In this document: positions 1 through 7,658 of the stretch, piece after piece | Position numbering within the stretch: the stretch's first letter is position 1 | Layout of the letters: every line of letters starts with the position of its first letter | Assembly (NCBI GenBank): GCA_934778205.1 | Contig: CAKVOD010000001.1 | Coordinates: 59,037-123,036, forward strand | Length of the DNA: 64,000 bases | Direction: 5' to 3' | Source: an uncultured Clostridia bacterium | GTDB lineage: Bacteria; Bacillota; Clostridia; Christensenellales; UBA1242 | The notes under the pieces: generated by a model | The model's database searches: none | What the model was told of the DNA's origin: nothing | What the model saw: the letters and a program-made list of their open reading frames with translations, nothing else | Position numbers and translations under genes: made by a program

Positions 1-224
1 TCGCGGGCGGGTATCAATACGCCGTCAGCACCAACCGTGAAGAACCTTGAGCGGTCGACCTTGTTGTTGTCGTCGCGCTCTCCATAGTACACGTCAAAGT
101 TTTCATTGTATTGTACTATCTCTATTCTATCGATATATCTATTGATTTTTACGTTTGCGGAATACTCACGTAATGTCTTTGTGCAAAACATTTGACTAAT
201 AGTTTTTAAATCTTTTTTATTCAT
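1..224 (-). CDS. Hypothetical protein, N-terminal part only (ORF runs off the left edge); occupies the slot held by the Rep gene in element B
   Basis: ATG at 224-222 preceded by AAGGAG. Open to position 1 (MNKKDLKTISQMFCTKTLREYSANVKINRYIDRIE...). No visible similarity to the element B Rep N-terminus, so function is unknown. Confidence 0.4.
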   Translation of the reverse strand, partial: MNKKDLKTISQMFCTKTLREYSANVKINRYIDRIEIVQYNENFDVYYGERDDNNKVDRSRFFTVGADGVLIPAR

Positions 225-268
225 AACTAACTCCTTGTTATGAATGATTTTTTATTCAATTGTCCGTT

Positions 269-349
269 AAGTGTTCCCTAAATCAAGTATGGGAACACTT
301 AGCAACACGGGGGCGCGCTGGGTAAACCATCGCGCGCCCCCGTGTTGCT
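269..349. other. Two adjacent perfect hairpins in the element A intergenic region (candidate origin or packaging signal)
   Basis: Hairpin 1 has stems 269-278/291-300 (aagtgttccc/gggaacactt); its loop on the coding (minus) strand reads ATACTTGATTTA. Hairpin 2 has a perfect 18-bp GC-rich stem 301-318/332-349 and a 13-nt loop, starting at the stop codon of ORF 348-596. Confidence 0.6.
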
Positions 350-596
350 ATAGTTTTATTCTTGCATTTTTTTCGAGTCTAGCCAATCGTTTATAATCTC
401 GCATATAGCGCTTATAAATTATTCGCTCTATCTTTTTGCGATATTTGTTGCGCATAGCAAATGCATTATCTGCCAAATCGTTGAAATCGTCATAATACGT
501 CATATTGAGTTTGGCAAACGCTTTCTTGTTACAATCATAATACTTGCGCTTTCGATTGAAAAATTTTAAAAATAATGCAAATAGTTTTAATTTCAT
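348..596 (-). CDS. Small basic hypothetical protein (element A)
   Basis: 82-aa ORF directly downstream of the Zot-like gene, with AGAGGT RBS. Positional counterpart of 60851-61333 in element B; sequence similarity is weak. Confidence 0.5.
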   Translation of the reverse strand: MKLKLFALFLKFFNRKRKYYDCNKKAFAKLNMTYYDDFNDLADNAFAMRNKYRKKIERIIYKRYMRDYKRLARLEKNARIKL

Positions 597-602
597 AGTT
601 AG

Positions 603-1409
603 TTACCTCTTTTTGTAGTAGGTTGATGGCACTGTCGTTGGGTTCTCCAAGTTAAATTGCTCTATAGCGACAACGCTATTATCTACTATGTGACTTAACT
701 GATATGTAAAATCACGTTCTTTAGCGTCTTTCAAATAATTTGGGAAGCAATAAAACGAGTTGTACATTTTGCGAATGTCGCCCTTATATACATACTTGTT
801 TGCTTTTCCCCCTTTTGTTTTGCCACTAGCAAGATAGTTATCATAATCAAAACAACTGTTAAATTCACGCGTGTGCCACGTCGTTTTGACGCACTCACCC
901 GCGCGATTCTCTTTGTACTCAATGCCCTGCACCTCTATGACCAACTCCATTAATTCACGGACGTTGGCGTCTAGCAGGTTGAGGCGTTGGCAATCAATGG
1001 CAAAGTTGCAACCATAGTGTCCGCCAGTTTCATAAAATTGACTGACAAAATCACTCAGCACAAATGACATACGGCTATTAAGCGGGCGCTGTCCCTCAGT
1101 AATGAAAAATTGTGCGTGCGGAGGAAATAGCAACGTCTTATGTTGAGGGTTAGGCAAACCCATATAAAATGGGTTGAATTTGTACGTCGGGAGAGTTCCA
1201 CGCTCATAACTATGCAATAATATGTCATAATTGCTATACACTACGTGACGTTTAGGCGGATAACTAAAGTTGTAGCCCCCGTCGTTTAGTTCTTTGATTT
1301 TGTGTATGCTATCTATGTAATGGCTGTCGTCTAACATACTTTGTATGGCAAAGTATGTCAAAAGCGCTGTTTTGCCCTTGCGAGGCAACCCACATATTCC
1401 TACTATCAT
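603..1409 (-). CDS. Zot/pI-like P-loop morphogenesis ATPase (inovirus assembly protein family)
   Basis: N-terminal Walker A MIVGICGLPRKGKTALLTYF and Walker-B-like FFITEGQ. Clearly homologous to 59913-60854 (SDFVSQFYE / SDFVSQLYE; IDCQR / LDCQR). AGGAG RBS. Confidence 0.75.
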   Translation of the reverse strand: MIVGICGLPRKGKTALLTYFAIQSMLDDSHYIDSIHKIKELNDGGYNFSYPPKRHVVYSNYDILLHSYERGTLPTYKFNPFYMGLPNPQHKTLLFPPHAQFFITEGQRPLNSRMSFVLSDFVSQFYETGGHYGCNFAIDCQRLNLLDANVRELMELVIEVQGIEYKENRAGECVKTTWHTREFNSCFDYDNYLASGKTKGGKANKYVYKGDIRKMYNSFYCFPNYLKDAKERDFTYQLSHIVDNSVVAIEQFNLENPTTVPSTYYKKR

Positions 1410-1455
1410 TAAGTTTGTACTCCTATTTTAGTTTGTACCCCATTTGCTAGATAAG

Positions 1456-1480
1456 CGGGCGAAGCGTATGGCTTCGCCCG
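1456..1480. other. GC-rich hairpin between the membrane-protein gene and the Zot-like gene
   Basis: Stem cgggcgaagc/gcttcgcccg (10 bp) with a 5-nt loop. Sits in a 208-bp non-coding stretch that also has ggcgcgg/ccgcgcc and ttgtcaagg/ccttgacaa inverted repeats. Element B has a hairpin at the equivalent place (59871-59890). Confidence 0.5.
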
Positions 1481-1617
1481 TCGTATCTATTATGGGGGAA
1501 TTGTTACGTATTGTCAAGGCGCGGGCATAATCGCTACGCTTTTATCCGCGCCAACAAAGTTGGCGCTCCCGCTTCTCCCTTGACAATCTCCACAATTCGT
1601 GCTTTGTATGTGTTGCA

Positions 1618-2277
1618 TTATTCGGCAACAACCATTGGCGCAAAGCGTAATTGTTCTATAGTGTTTATAACGGCGTCCGTATCATTAATACCTATTATTC
1701 CAATGTTGTAATATTTTGCACCAGTATTGTCTGTCTTTTTGTAATATTCAAGGTACGGTGACACGTGCACCACCATAGGCGTAGCCCAATCGACAGGCTT
1801 GATAACATACAATTGAGCGTTACCCATACCATAAGAACCAGAGGTTGTTGTCACTTGCCCTGAGTCGTTGGTTTTATATGTATCAATTATTGTTCCACCA
1901 ATCGAAAGTTTTGGAAACAATAATTTGCCATCACCAAAGTTCACAAAACGCAATTCAATATAGTCGTCACTCGTACATGTGGTCCCGCCGATGTTGCGTC
2001 CTTCTAATGAAATTTGCATATCATCGAAAACAGGTCCGTTTTGTCCCCAAGGTTTCCAATTTTGTATATAATTAATATCACTTTGCAATTCGTTATTGTT
2101 CTGCAAGAGTTCATCATATTGCGCTTGCAATTCTTCTAATTCGGCAGATTGTCCAGGCACTATGTCTTCGACACCATTGTTCTTGTTGTGTTTAAAGCCT
2201 CCAGTGGCAAACACGATACCCACAACAATCAACGCACAAATAATTACACTTAATATGCTTGTCAATACTCTATTCAT
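1618..2277 (-). CDS. N-terminally membrane-anchored protein (virion or assembly protein candidate)
   Basis: 219 aa with N-terminal TM segment ILSVIICALIVVGIVFA. Same position as 59249-59854 in element B, but no visible sequence similarity. Confidence 0.6.
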   Translation of the reverse strand: MNRVLTSILSVIICALIVVGIVFATGGFKHNKNNGVEDIVPGQSAELEELQAQYDELLQNNNELQSDINYIQNWKPWGQNGPVFDDMQISLEGRNIGGTTCTSDDYIELRFVNFGDGKLLFPKLSIGGTIIDTYKTNDSGQVTTTSGSYGMGNAQLYVIKPVDWATPMVVHVSPYLEYYKKTDNTGAKYYNIGIIGINDTDAVINTIEQLRFAPMVVAE

Positions 2278-2286
2278 AGTCCACCC

Positions 2287-3111
2287 CTATATGCTGTAAC
2301 TCCAGTTGTGATCGTCACATTGGGTTGATGTGCTATTGTACACGCCAATACAACTCATAACAAGTGGGTTGTTTACTTTTTCGCCCTTTGAGTTTGTAAT
2401 ATCAAAGAACTTTGACACGTCTACATTGACATTAATTGGCACGTCTTTGTCAATGTTGCTTACTGCATTGATTGCCGAAATTACAGCGTAATAGATGTAG
2501 CAGTTAACTTCCAACATATCGCGTTTTGGCGTTAATGTGTAATTAGCGCCACCAATATTGATAACCGCTTTTGTCTCGGTCATTTTACCCCATACACTCT
2601 CACTCATCTTCAAATAAGAAACAAATGCAGGGTTTTTCTTTGTAGTTCCAATACCTACGCAATTATTTGGCGCGTCAAAATATTGCACACTCATAATTGA
2701 TTTTTTGTCAGAAATGTTGTAATATACCACAATACCACCTGTACCGTTGGCACTCGTCGAAAATTGAATAAATGATTTATTGTCATATGGCGCTACCGCA
2801 TTGAGTAGGTCATTTGCCTTGAAACGTAACGCTTGTGAATAGTCAGTTACTACAGTATCGACGTTTTCATTGTCAGCAATGCCTTCCGATGGGTCGTACT
2901 TGGTGTTGTTGCCAGTTGAAGGCTCAATTACAGTGTCTTTGACTGTAACATCAATTTTGTTGTTGTCAAGATTTGGGTTCCATACGCCAGTTATGTAGCG
3001 CACGTCGTTGTCATTTTTGCTTTTAACTGAGTTAAAAACTGAAAAACCTATAATAATTGCTAATACTACACATATGGTAGTAATAAGTATTGTTTTAAAT
3101 TGTGAATTCAT
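2287..3111 (-). CDS. N-terminally membrane-anchored protein (putative adsorption or minor coat protein)
   Basis: 274 aa with TM ILITTICVVLAIIIGFSVF and AAGGAG RBS. Lies directly after the small hydrophobic ORF, in the position of the 673-aa protein of element B. Confidence 0.6.
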   Translation of the reverse strand: MNSQFKTILITTICVVLAIIIGFSVFNSVKSKNDNDVRYITGVWNPNLDNNKIDVTVKDTVIEPSTGNNTKYDPSEGIADNENVDTVVTDYSQALRFKANDLLNAVAPYDNKSFIQFSTSANGTGGIVVYYNISDKKSIMSVQYFDAPNNCVGIGTTKKNPAFVSYLKMSESVWGKMTETKAVINIGGANYTLTPKRDMLEVNCYIYYAVISAINAVSNIDKDVPINVNVDVSKFFDITNSKGEKVNNPLVMSCIGVYNSTSTQCDDHNWSYSI

Positions 3112-3130
3112 AATATCTCCTTATTAATTG

Positions 3131-3295
3131 TTAAAATAATTGTAATATACCGCTAAAGCCTGTCCAGTCTACAATCTTGGCAACCCACGTCAATGCGGTT
3201 GCCATTATTTTGAACACCCACGCCATAGCAGATATGATTGGCGGTCCAAATAAAACCACCAGTAAGACAAAGGCAAAAAAATTAAATATGTTCAT
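3131..3295 (-). CDS. Small hydrophobic protein, 54 aa (coat or membrane protein candidate); absent from the supplied ORF track
   Basis: Hand translation gives MNIFNFFAFVLLVVLFGPPIISAMAWVFKIMATALTWVAKIVDWTGFSGILQLF. Homologous to 56994-57188 (ATATRWLGKIVDWYGV vs ATALTWVAKIVDWTGF). The ATG lies 2 nt after the upstream stop. Confidence 0.65.
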   Translation of the reverse strand: MNIFNFFAFVLLVVLFGPPIISAMAWVFKIMATALTWVAKIVDWTGFSGILQLF

Positions 3296-3296
3296 A

Positions 3297-3617
3297 TTAA
3301 TAACTCCCATTGTCTATGTACTGCCCGTCCATTAGATAACACTTGTTGCTTGACTTGTGCTTGTCATAGAACGCCATTACTCGATTTTTTGTGTTTGTTG
3401 GTATTGTGTTTAAGTCCTGCAGGAACGAACGTTTTGTTGCACCAGTTTTGCGGTCCTTTGTGTTTTTGAACACAAACGGCACGTCTTTTGAAACGACACC
3501 AAACACACCCTTTTTTAGTTTCTTTGTACGTTTGTCATATGCAGCACTGCTACTAACAGCATACAAATTGTTTAAATTTTGTTTTTTCCTTTGATAATTT
3601 CGTTTTTTTTCTGTCAT
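3297..3617 (-). CDS. Basic hypothetical protein (element A)
   Basis: 106 aa, K/R-rich, with GGAGGTG RBS. Confidence 0.55.
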   Translation of the reverse strand: MTEKKRNYQRKKQNLNNLYAVSSSAAYDKRTKKLKKGVFGVVSKDVPFVFKNTKDRKTGATKRSFLQDLNTIPTNTKNRVMAFYDKHKSSNKCYLMDGQYIDNGSY

Positions 3618-3800
3618 ATCACTTTACACCTCCATATTTTTATGATATACTTACTTTGCATCCGTTGGGGTCACAAACGACCAAAGGAACAAGTACGTCT
3701 GTAGTTCCCGAGCGGAGTAAGTTAGGGTGCTGAAATATCGGCTGTGAGGCTCCGCAAGGTGTTGCATAATACAACACCTTTTTTTGTTGCCTCATAGAGG

Positions 3801-4154
3801 TTATTTGCTCAATGTTTTTGGCATTGGAAGTTGGCTATCAAACAACTTTTCAAAGGCAAGGCAACATTTGTTCGCTGTACTGCTCAAGTCGTCTAGTGAT
3901 ACATAGCATTTGACAACGTCTCCTAGTCGCAACGCGTCTACCGCTGTATCTAGTTCTTCAGGTACTGTGAGGCGTACAACCTCGCCAGAGCCGTAGCGGT
4001 TAATTTCCGCGACTTCGATATAATCAAATGTGCCACCACTCTTCCATTCGCCTTTGCGATGGGAAATAAAAAGTTTCGTGAACGGAAATGCGTTTTGCAT
4101 TGCCATTTCTTCTGCTAGTGTTAGTTTTGTTTCTTTGTTAATCTCATTTGCCAT
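3801..4154 (-). CDS. Hypothetical protein; positional counterpart of the SSB-like protein of element B
   Basis: 117 aa. Preceded by a conserved small overlapping ORF and followed by a structured non-coding region, as in element B. Lacks the IPF tail. Confidence 0.5.
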   Translation of the reverse strand: MANEINKETKLTLAEEMAMQNAFPFTKLFISHRKGEWKSGGTFDYIEVAEINRYGSGEVVRLTVPEELDTAVDALRLGDVVKCYVSLDDLSSTANKCCLAFEKLFDSQLPMPKTLSK

Positions 4155-4269
4155 AGTTTAGAATCTCCTTATAATTGCTAATTGTTATGATTTGTTTCTC
4201 GTTGTACTCTTTGTTTGTGCAGAGTCCTAATTTTTTTAGTGCGTTAAGTTTTTGCATTTTCAGTTCCAT
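4144..4269 (-). CDS. Small ORF, 41 aa, overlapping the start of 3801-4154; absent from the ORF track
   Basis: Reads MELKMQKLNALKKLGLCTNKEYNEKQIITISNYKEILNYGK with GGAG RBS. Counterpart of 56155-56274 (...KKYALEMLGLKKSTKG...), with the same overlap geometry. Confidence 0.4.
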   Translation of the reverse strand: MELKMQKLNALKKLGLCTNKEYNEKQIITISNYKEILNYGK

Positions 4270-4284
4270 TCTTTAATCTCCTTT

Positions 4285-4479
4285 TTAGAACAATGATTTT
4301 TTCTTTCTCGTCACATGTTGTTTACCAGCGTTGTAACTCTCAGCTACACGGCTATCAGGGTTGCGCAAACCTTGCTCAATCAAACCCCAGTTGAACGCCA
4401 TTTTTTCAACTTGCGTATACTTGCTTTTCTTGTAATTATTACGCTTGCCGTAATTGTTGTTGCGTCTACTATATGCCAC
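4285..4479 (-). CDS. Small highly basic conserved protein (64 aa)
   Basis: GTG start with GGAGG RBS. Homologous to 55509-55691 (EKMAFNWG..NPDSRVAESYNAGK vs EKLAFNMG..NPNSRVYESYKNGK). Confidence 0.65.
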   Translation of the reverse strand: MAYSRRNNNYGKRNNYKKSKYTQVEKMAFNWGLIEQGLRNPDSRVAESYNAGKQHVTRKKKSLF

Positions 4480-4560
4480 ATTCCACCTCCTTTGAAAAAA
4501 AGAGGAAATACCACGGGCTAAAAGTTAAAATGTGTTGAACCATGTATTCCTCCTTTTTAG

Positions 4561-4600
4561 TTATTAAGCGTAATTTATCCGCGGTGCGCTCAGCCCGCAA
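4561..4600 (-). other. Non-coding block conserved at nucleotide level between elements A and B (candidate cis-acting site)
   Basis: The reverse complement reads ttgcgggctgagcgcaccgcggataaattacgcttaataa. Compare 55199-55238, ttgcgggctgagcgaaccgcattataaattacacttaggg. Both lie immediately after the stop of the 244-aa gene. Confidence 0.55.
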
Positions 4601-4603
4601 ATA

Positions 4604-5335
4604 TCATTTGACTACTTTGAGTCGTTTTTTTGTTGTGCTTATCTTGAGCCCAAACTCCTTGACAAGCAAGTTTTTGACACAATGCAAGTTTGCAACTACA
4701 ATGTCCTTGAGTTCGTCGGGCTTTGTTTGCGCAAAGTCCATACCATTAAACAAGTCGATATACGCAACGATTGCGTCGTATGTTTCGTGACGTTCTGCAA
4801 CGTCGGGTGTTGTGGCTTGTTGTTTTTCGTCGTCCTTTTCGATTGCCTCTTCTACCTTGTTGCTGTTCTTTGTTGCCTTGAACGCTTTGACCCATTCCCG
4901 CAACTGCTTTTGCGTCATGTTCGGGCTAATGTCACCACGGTCAAAGGCGTCTCGCACGTCATTAAATGCAATAGGCAACAATTCAAATATTTTTGTTAGT
5001 GGCATACAATCCAACTCAGCGATAAGCCAAGAAAGCGTTTTTTGCCCGTTTGGTGCGTCAACGCACCTAGCAAATCGCTCATAAACTAGATATAATCTTT
5101 TTACTGTTGTTTCGCTCAGTCCAAGATAGAACGAGCAAAATGTTATATAATCAATTTTTGCGCCGTCTTTGGCGTATATGTTTTGACGTGTACCATATGC
5201 GGAAAAGTTGATAAACTTGCTCAAAAACTCCAAGTCAAGTTGGCTACGTCGCCATATCACTTGCCTGAGTTCGTCATACTCTCTTTGCACGTCATCAAAC
5301 AGGAACTTAAAGTCCTTGCAATATAAATCATTCAT
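4604..5335 (-). CDS. Conserved element protein (244 aa), function unknown
   Basis: Homologous along its length to 54460-55194 (MNDLYCKDF; LSETTVKRLYLVYERF / LSESTVKKLYLTYERF; ISPNMTQKQLREWVKAFK / ISPNMTVKQLRDYVKAFK). The ATG at 5335 overlaps the end of the upstream ORF. The track start at 5350 is a TTG. Confidence 0.7.
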   Translation of the reverse strand: MNDLYCKDFKFLFDDVQREYDELRQVIWRRSQLDLEFLSKFINFSAYGTRQNIYAKDGAKIDYITFCSFYLGLSETTVKRLYLVYERFARCVDAPNGQKTLSWLIAELDCMPLTKIFELLPIAFNDVRDAFDRGDISPNMTQKQLREWVKAFKATKNSNKVEEAIEKDDEKQQATTPDVAERHETYDAIVAYIDLFNGMDFAQTKPDELKDIVVANLHCVKNLLVKEFGLKISTTKKRLKVVK

Positions 5336-5624
5336 TGTCGGTACCCCCAACGCTGAAACTAATACTTGTAGTCTCTAATGACTCCAATATGTAACTCACT
5401 TGCGAGTCCCAACAGTCAAACGCGTCATACTCATCCCAGCCGAATGAGACGGTTATGTGGTCTATAAGCGCATGTACTAGACAATTTAATTCGTCGCGGT
5501 TCAATTTGTCCAACTCATCCCAAAATTTGCCACTGTCTAATTTTTTATAGATTTCACTTTGTTCACGCTGCTTCTTTTCTATTCGGTCAAGTAGTGTTAT
5601 TTCTTCATTTTCTTTTTGTGTCAT
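5328..5624 (-). CDS. First ORF of the element A rightward-equivalent operon, hypothetical
   Basis: 98 aa with AAGGAGG RBS. Shares the MTQKEN N-terminus and position with 54089-54463. Confidence 0.55.
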   Translation of the reverse strand: MTQKENEEITLLDRIEKKQREQSEIYKKLDSGKFWDELDKLNRDELNCLVHALIDHITVSFGWDEYDAFDCWDSQVSYILESLETTSISFSVGGTDNE

Positions 5625-5776
5625 TGTCGTTGCCTCCTTGTTTTGCTAAATAATGTTATTAACTTTATTTAACGATGCTAGTATATCACTAACAAATTTT
5701 AGTGTCAAGCGTTTTGACTAACTTTTTTTAATTTTTACTAATTTTTTTTAGGAATATTAACTTTTTTTAATAATTG

Positions 5777-5794
5777 TGTTATAATTTATATATG
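5777..5794 (+). promoter_or_regulatory. Extended -10 promoter placed for a leaderless repressor mRNA
   Basis: TGtTATAAT at 5777-5785, then 6 nt, then the ATG at 5792. No Shine-Dalgarno between them. Confidence 0.45.
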
Positions 5795-6070
5795 GAATTA
5801 AAAGATAAGATAAAAGAATTAAGGAAAGAACACGGCTTAAGCCTTGAAAAATTCGCACGTTTAATAGATGTGTCGGATGTCGCTGTCCTTAAATGGGAAC
5901 AAGGAAAAACAGAACCAAAAGCAAGCAACCTCAAAGCAATAGCAGTTGTATTTAATGTGGACCTAATGGATTTCCTCGAAATTTACGAAGCACAAAATAA
6001 TAATAAAAGTCAAAATATACAAATTAACAACTCATTTAATGGGAACGGAAACAATAAAATTACTTTTTGA
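5792..6070 (+). CDS. XRE/Cro-CI family HTH repressor (element A)
   Basis: MELKDKIKELRKEHGLSLEKFARLIDVSDVAVLKWEQGKTEPKASNLKAIAVVFNV is a typical HTH_3 pattern. Divergent from the structural operon. Confidence 0.8.
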   Translation: MELKDKIKELRKEHGLSLEKFARLIDVSDVAVLKWEQGKTEPKASNLKAIAVVFNVDLMDFLEIYEAQNNNKSQNIQINNSFNGNGNNKITF

Positions 6071-6079
6071 GGTGTACAA

Positions 6080-6562
6080 ATGAAAAATTATATTAAAATA
6101 GTTCTTGTCACATTACTAATCGTCACAATATGTCCTTTGTTTGTTGCCTGCGGAAGTGCAGAGCAAAAAGAAACTCAGTTATATAACTATGGCAAAGAAA
6201 TTGAGCATTGGGGAATTACTACTCAACGCAATCAAAACACTATACTTGCCGACAACACAAAAACTAACTTTATTGTCATTTTGACATTTTATAATTTGTT
6301 TGACACCAACCGTACCTTGCGCATTACTGACTTTGAAATTAAGGTCGATAACAAATTTATCGACATACTTGAATTAAACGGCAGTCAAAATGATATAATT
6401 TGCTACGGCAACGACTCAGTATATATAAAACTAAAAACCGAAGAAGTTACAATCGACAACACCAAATACACTCTATATTTTAAAAATAATTTGGTCGGAC
6501 AATTTAGTTACAATTTGGGCTGGATAACCGCTGGAAATACCATATACCAACCAACACTATAA
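6080..6562 (+). CDS. Lipoprotein (lipobox LFVAC), function unknown; occupies the slot of the integrase in element B
   Basis: MKNYIKIVLVTLLIVTICPLFVACGSAEQ signal/lipobox with GAGGTG RBS. Lies downstream of and co-oriented with the repressor. Confidence 0.7.
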   Translation: MKNYIKIVLVTLLIVTICPLFVACGSAEQKETQLYNYGKEIEHWGITTQRNQNTILADNTKTNFIVILTFYNLFDTNRTLRITDFEIKVDNKFIDILELNGSQNDIICYGNDSVYIKLKTEEVTIDNTKYTLYFKNNLVGQFSYNLGWITAGNTIYQPTL

Positions 6563-6570
6563 TAAAAAAA

Positions 6571-6596
6571 TTACTAATAACCAAAGTTATTAGTAA
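6571..6596. terminator. AT-rich hairpin after the lipoprotein gene
   Basis: Stem ttactaataac/gttattagtaa (11 bp) with a 4-nt loop. The A-run upstream gives a T-run on the minus strand. Confidence 0.35.
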
Positions 6597-6620
6597 AGAA
6601 AATCAATCATTTGGGCGCCC

Positions 6621-6665
6621 CTGTTAACCGATAGGTCGTAGGTTCAAATCCTACTCGAGGAGCCA
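6621..6665 (+). other. 3' half of tRNA-Asn(GUU), anticodon loop to CCA: att-type remnant bounding element A
   Basis: Reads CTGTTAA (loop, anticodon GTT) - CCGAT - AGGTC - GTAGG TTCAAAT CCTAC (T arm) - TCGAGGA - G - CCA. The U1/A72-type acceptor and G73 fit tRNA-Asn. The 5' anticodon-stem partner, D arm and 5' acceptor are absent upstream, so this is a fragment. Confidence 0.7.
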
Positions 6666-6671
6666 AGATAA

Positions 6672-6702
6672 CCCAGTACCTGCTTTGGTACTGGGATTTT
6701 TG
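6672..6702 (+). terminator. Rho-independent terminator after the tRNA-Asn fragment
   Basis: Stem cccagtacc/ggtactggg followed by attttt. Confidence 0.6.
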
Positions 6703-6770
6703 CTTCTATTCTAGCATTTTGACCCGTAATCACATTTGCGCGACTCGAGATAGGCACGCATTGCGTGAAT

Positions 6771-6789
6771 AATCCTACTCGAGGAGCCA
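6771..6789 (+). repeat. Second, shorter copy of the tRNA-Asn 3' end (degenerate att remnant)
   Basis: aatcctactcgaggagcca is identical to 6647-6665. Upstream similarity (gatagg) is degenerate. Confidence 0.6.
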
Positions 6790-6795
6790 AAACAA

Positions 6796-6826
6796 CCCGA
6801 AAGTCTAGTACTTTCGGGCTTTTTGC
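6796..6826 (+). terminator. Rho-independent terminator after the second tRNA-Asn 3' remnant
   Basis: Stem cccgaaagt/actttcggg followed by cttttt. Confidence 0.6.
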
Positions 6827-7027
6827 TTGTATTAGTTTTCCTCCAAATTAATCGCTACATATTACAAAAATTGTTTAATAAAATATGCAAATACGATTAT
6901 TTATGCAACCTCCATTATTTATGTCGATAAATGTCCAAATTCTTAATGAAGATAATAATTAAAAAAAATTCTGCTTGACTATTTATATTTGAGTATGATA
7001 TAATGCTAAAAGTGCTAAGGAGGAAAT

Positions 7028-7507
7028 ATGAATAAGACAAAAAGAGGTTTACAATTGGCGGCAGCTATCATTAGCATAGTTTTGGCGGCTTTGCTTACCA
7101 TTGGGGCAATTTATGTTCTTGCTGCGCTTGAAGAACTGACCGACGCTGCAGACACAAATGATTTAGGCTTATCAGTTATGAAAGTTACTTACATTCTAAT
7201 TCTTTGCGCTTGCATTGCGAACATTATTGTTTCATCATTAATTTGTAGAAAGCCAAATGACAATATGTTCCTTGGACTAAGCATCACTGCATTGGTAATG
7301 AACGCTATTCTTGCACTTCTTTACATCATTGCTGGTACTGCTTACGCTATTTTGCCACTTGTAGTTGTTGGATTGTTTATTGCAGAGCTTTGTATGCCGA
7401 ACAAAACGGCTAACGAAACTCATCAACCAAATTCAATAGAGTCGCAAGACGAAATTCCCGCTAACCCCGTTGGCGAAAACACGAATTTGAATAATCAAAA
7501 TGATTAA
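7028..7507 (+). CDS. Multi-pass membrane protein, unknown function
   Basis: 159 aa with several hydrophobic segments and AAGGAGG RBS. Confidence 0.65.
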   Translation: MNKTKRGLQLAAAIISIVLAALLTIGAIYVLAALEELTDAADTNDLGLSVMKVTYILILCACIANIIVSSLICRKPNDNMFLGLSITALVMNAILALLYIIAGTAYAILPLVVVGLFIAELCMPNKTANETHQPNSIESQDEIPANPVGENTNLNNQND

Positions 7508-7658
7508 TGTTAATTTCATACCATCAACATAATAAAATTATTTAAAAACCCTGTTATCGAATTTTATCAATAACAAGGTTTTCATTTTTTAAACCATTGC
7601 AATACGCAACGCACAAACTATGATACAACCTAAATAAAAGCGGTTTTCATCTTAAAAA

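Larger units (their letters stand above)
1..6665 (-). mobile_element. Inovirus-like (filamentous ssDNA phage-like) integrated element A; left part cut by the window edge
   Basis: Minus-strand run of short, tightly packed or overlapping ORFs matching element B (52363-62798) gene for gene: Zot/pI-like ATPase, KIVDW small hydrophobic protein, basic 60-64 aa protein, 244-aa protein, MTQKEN ORF, divergent XRE repressor. The right end coincides with a 45-nt 3' half of tRNA-Asn(GUU) at 6621-6665. No host REP-like repeats seen inside. Confidence 0.75.

Noticed and set aside
603-1409. Zot-like proteins (603-1409, 59913-60854) considered as zonula-occludens-type enterotoxins
   Set aside because: Only the N-terminal P-loop assembly-ATPase part is recognisable. 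The context is a phage morphogenesis operon, and nothing supports toxin activity.
1410-1617. Plus-strand ORF 1511-1711, and a 34-codon minus-strand ORF (MQHIQSTNCGDC...) in the gap upstream of the element A Zot-like gene
   Set aside because: Both run through GC-rich inverted repeats, and neither has a counterpart in element B. The region is better explained as structured non-coding DNA.
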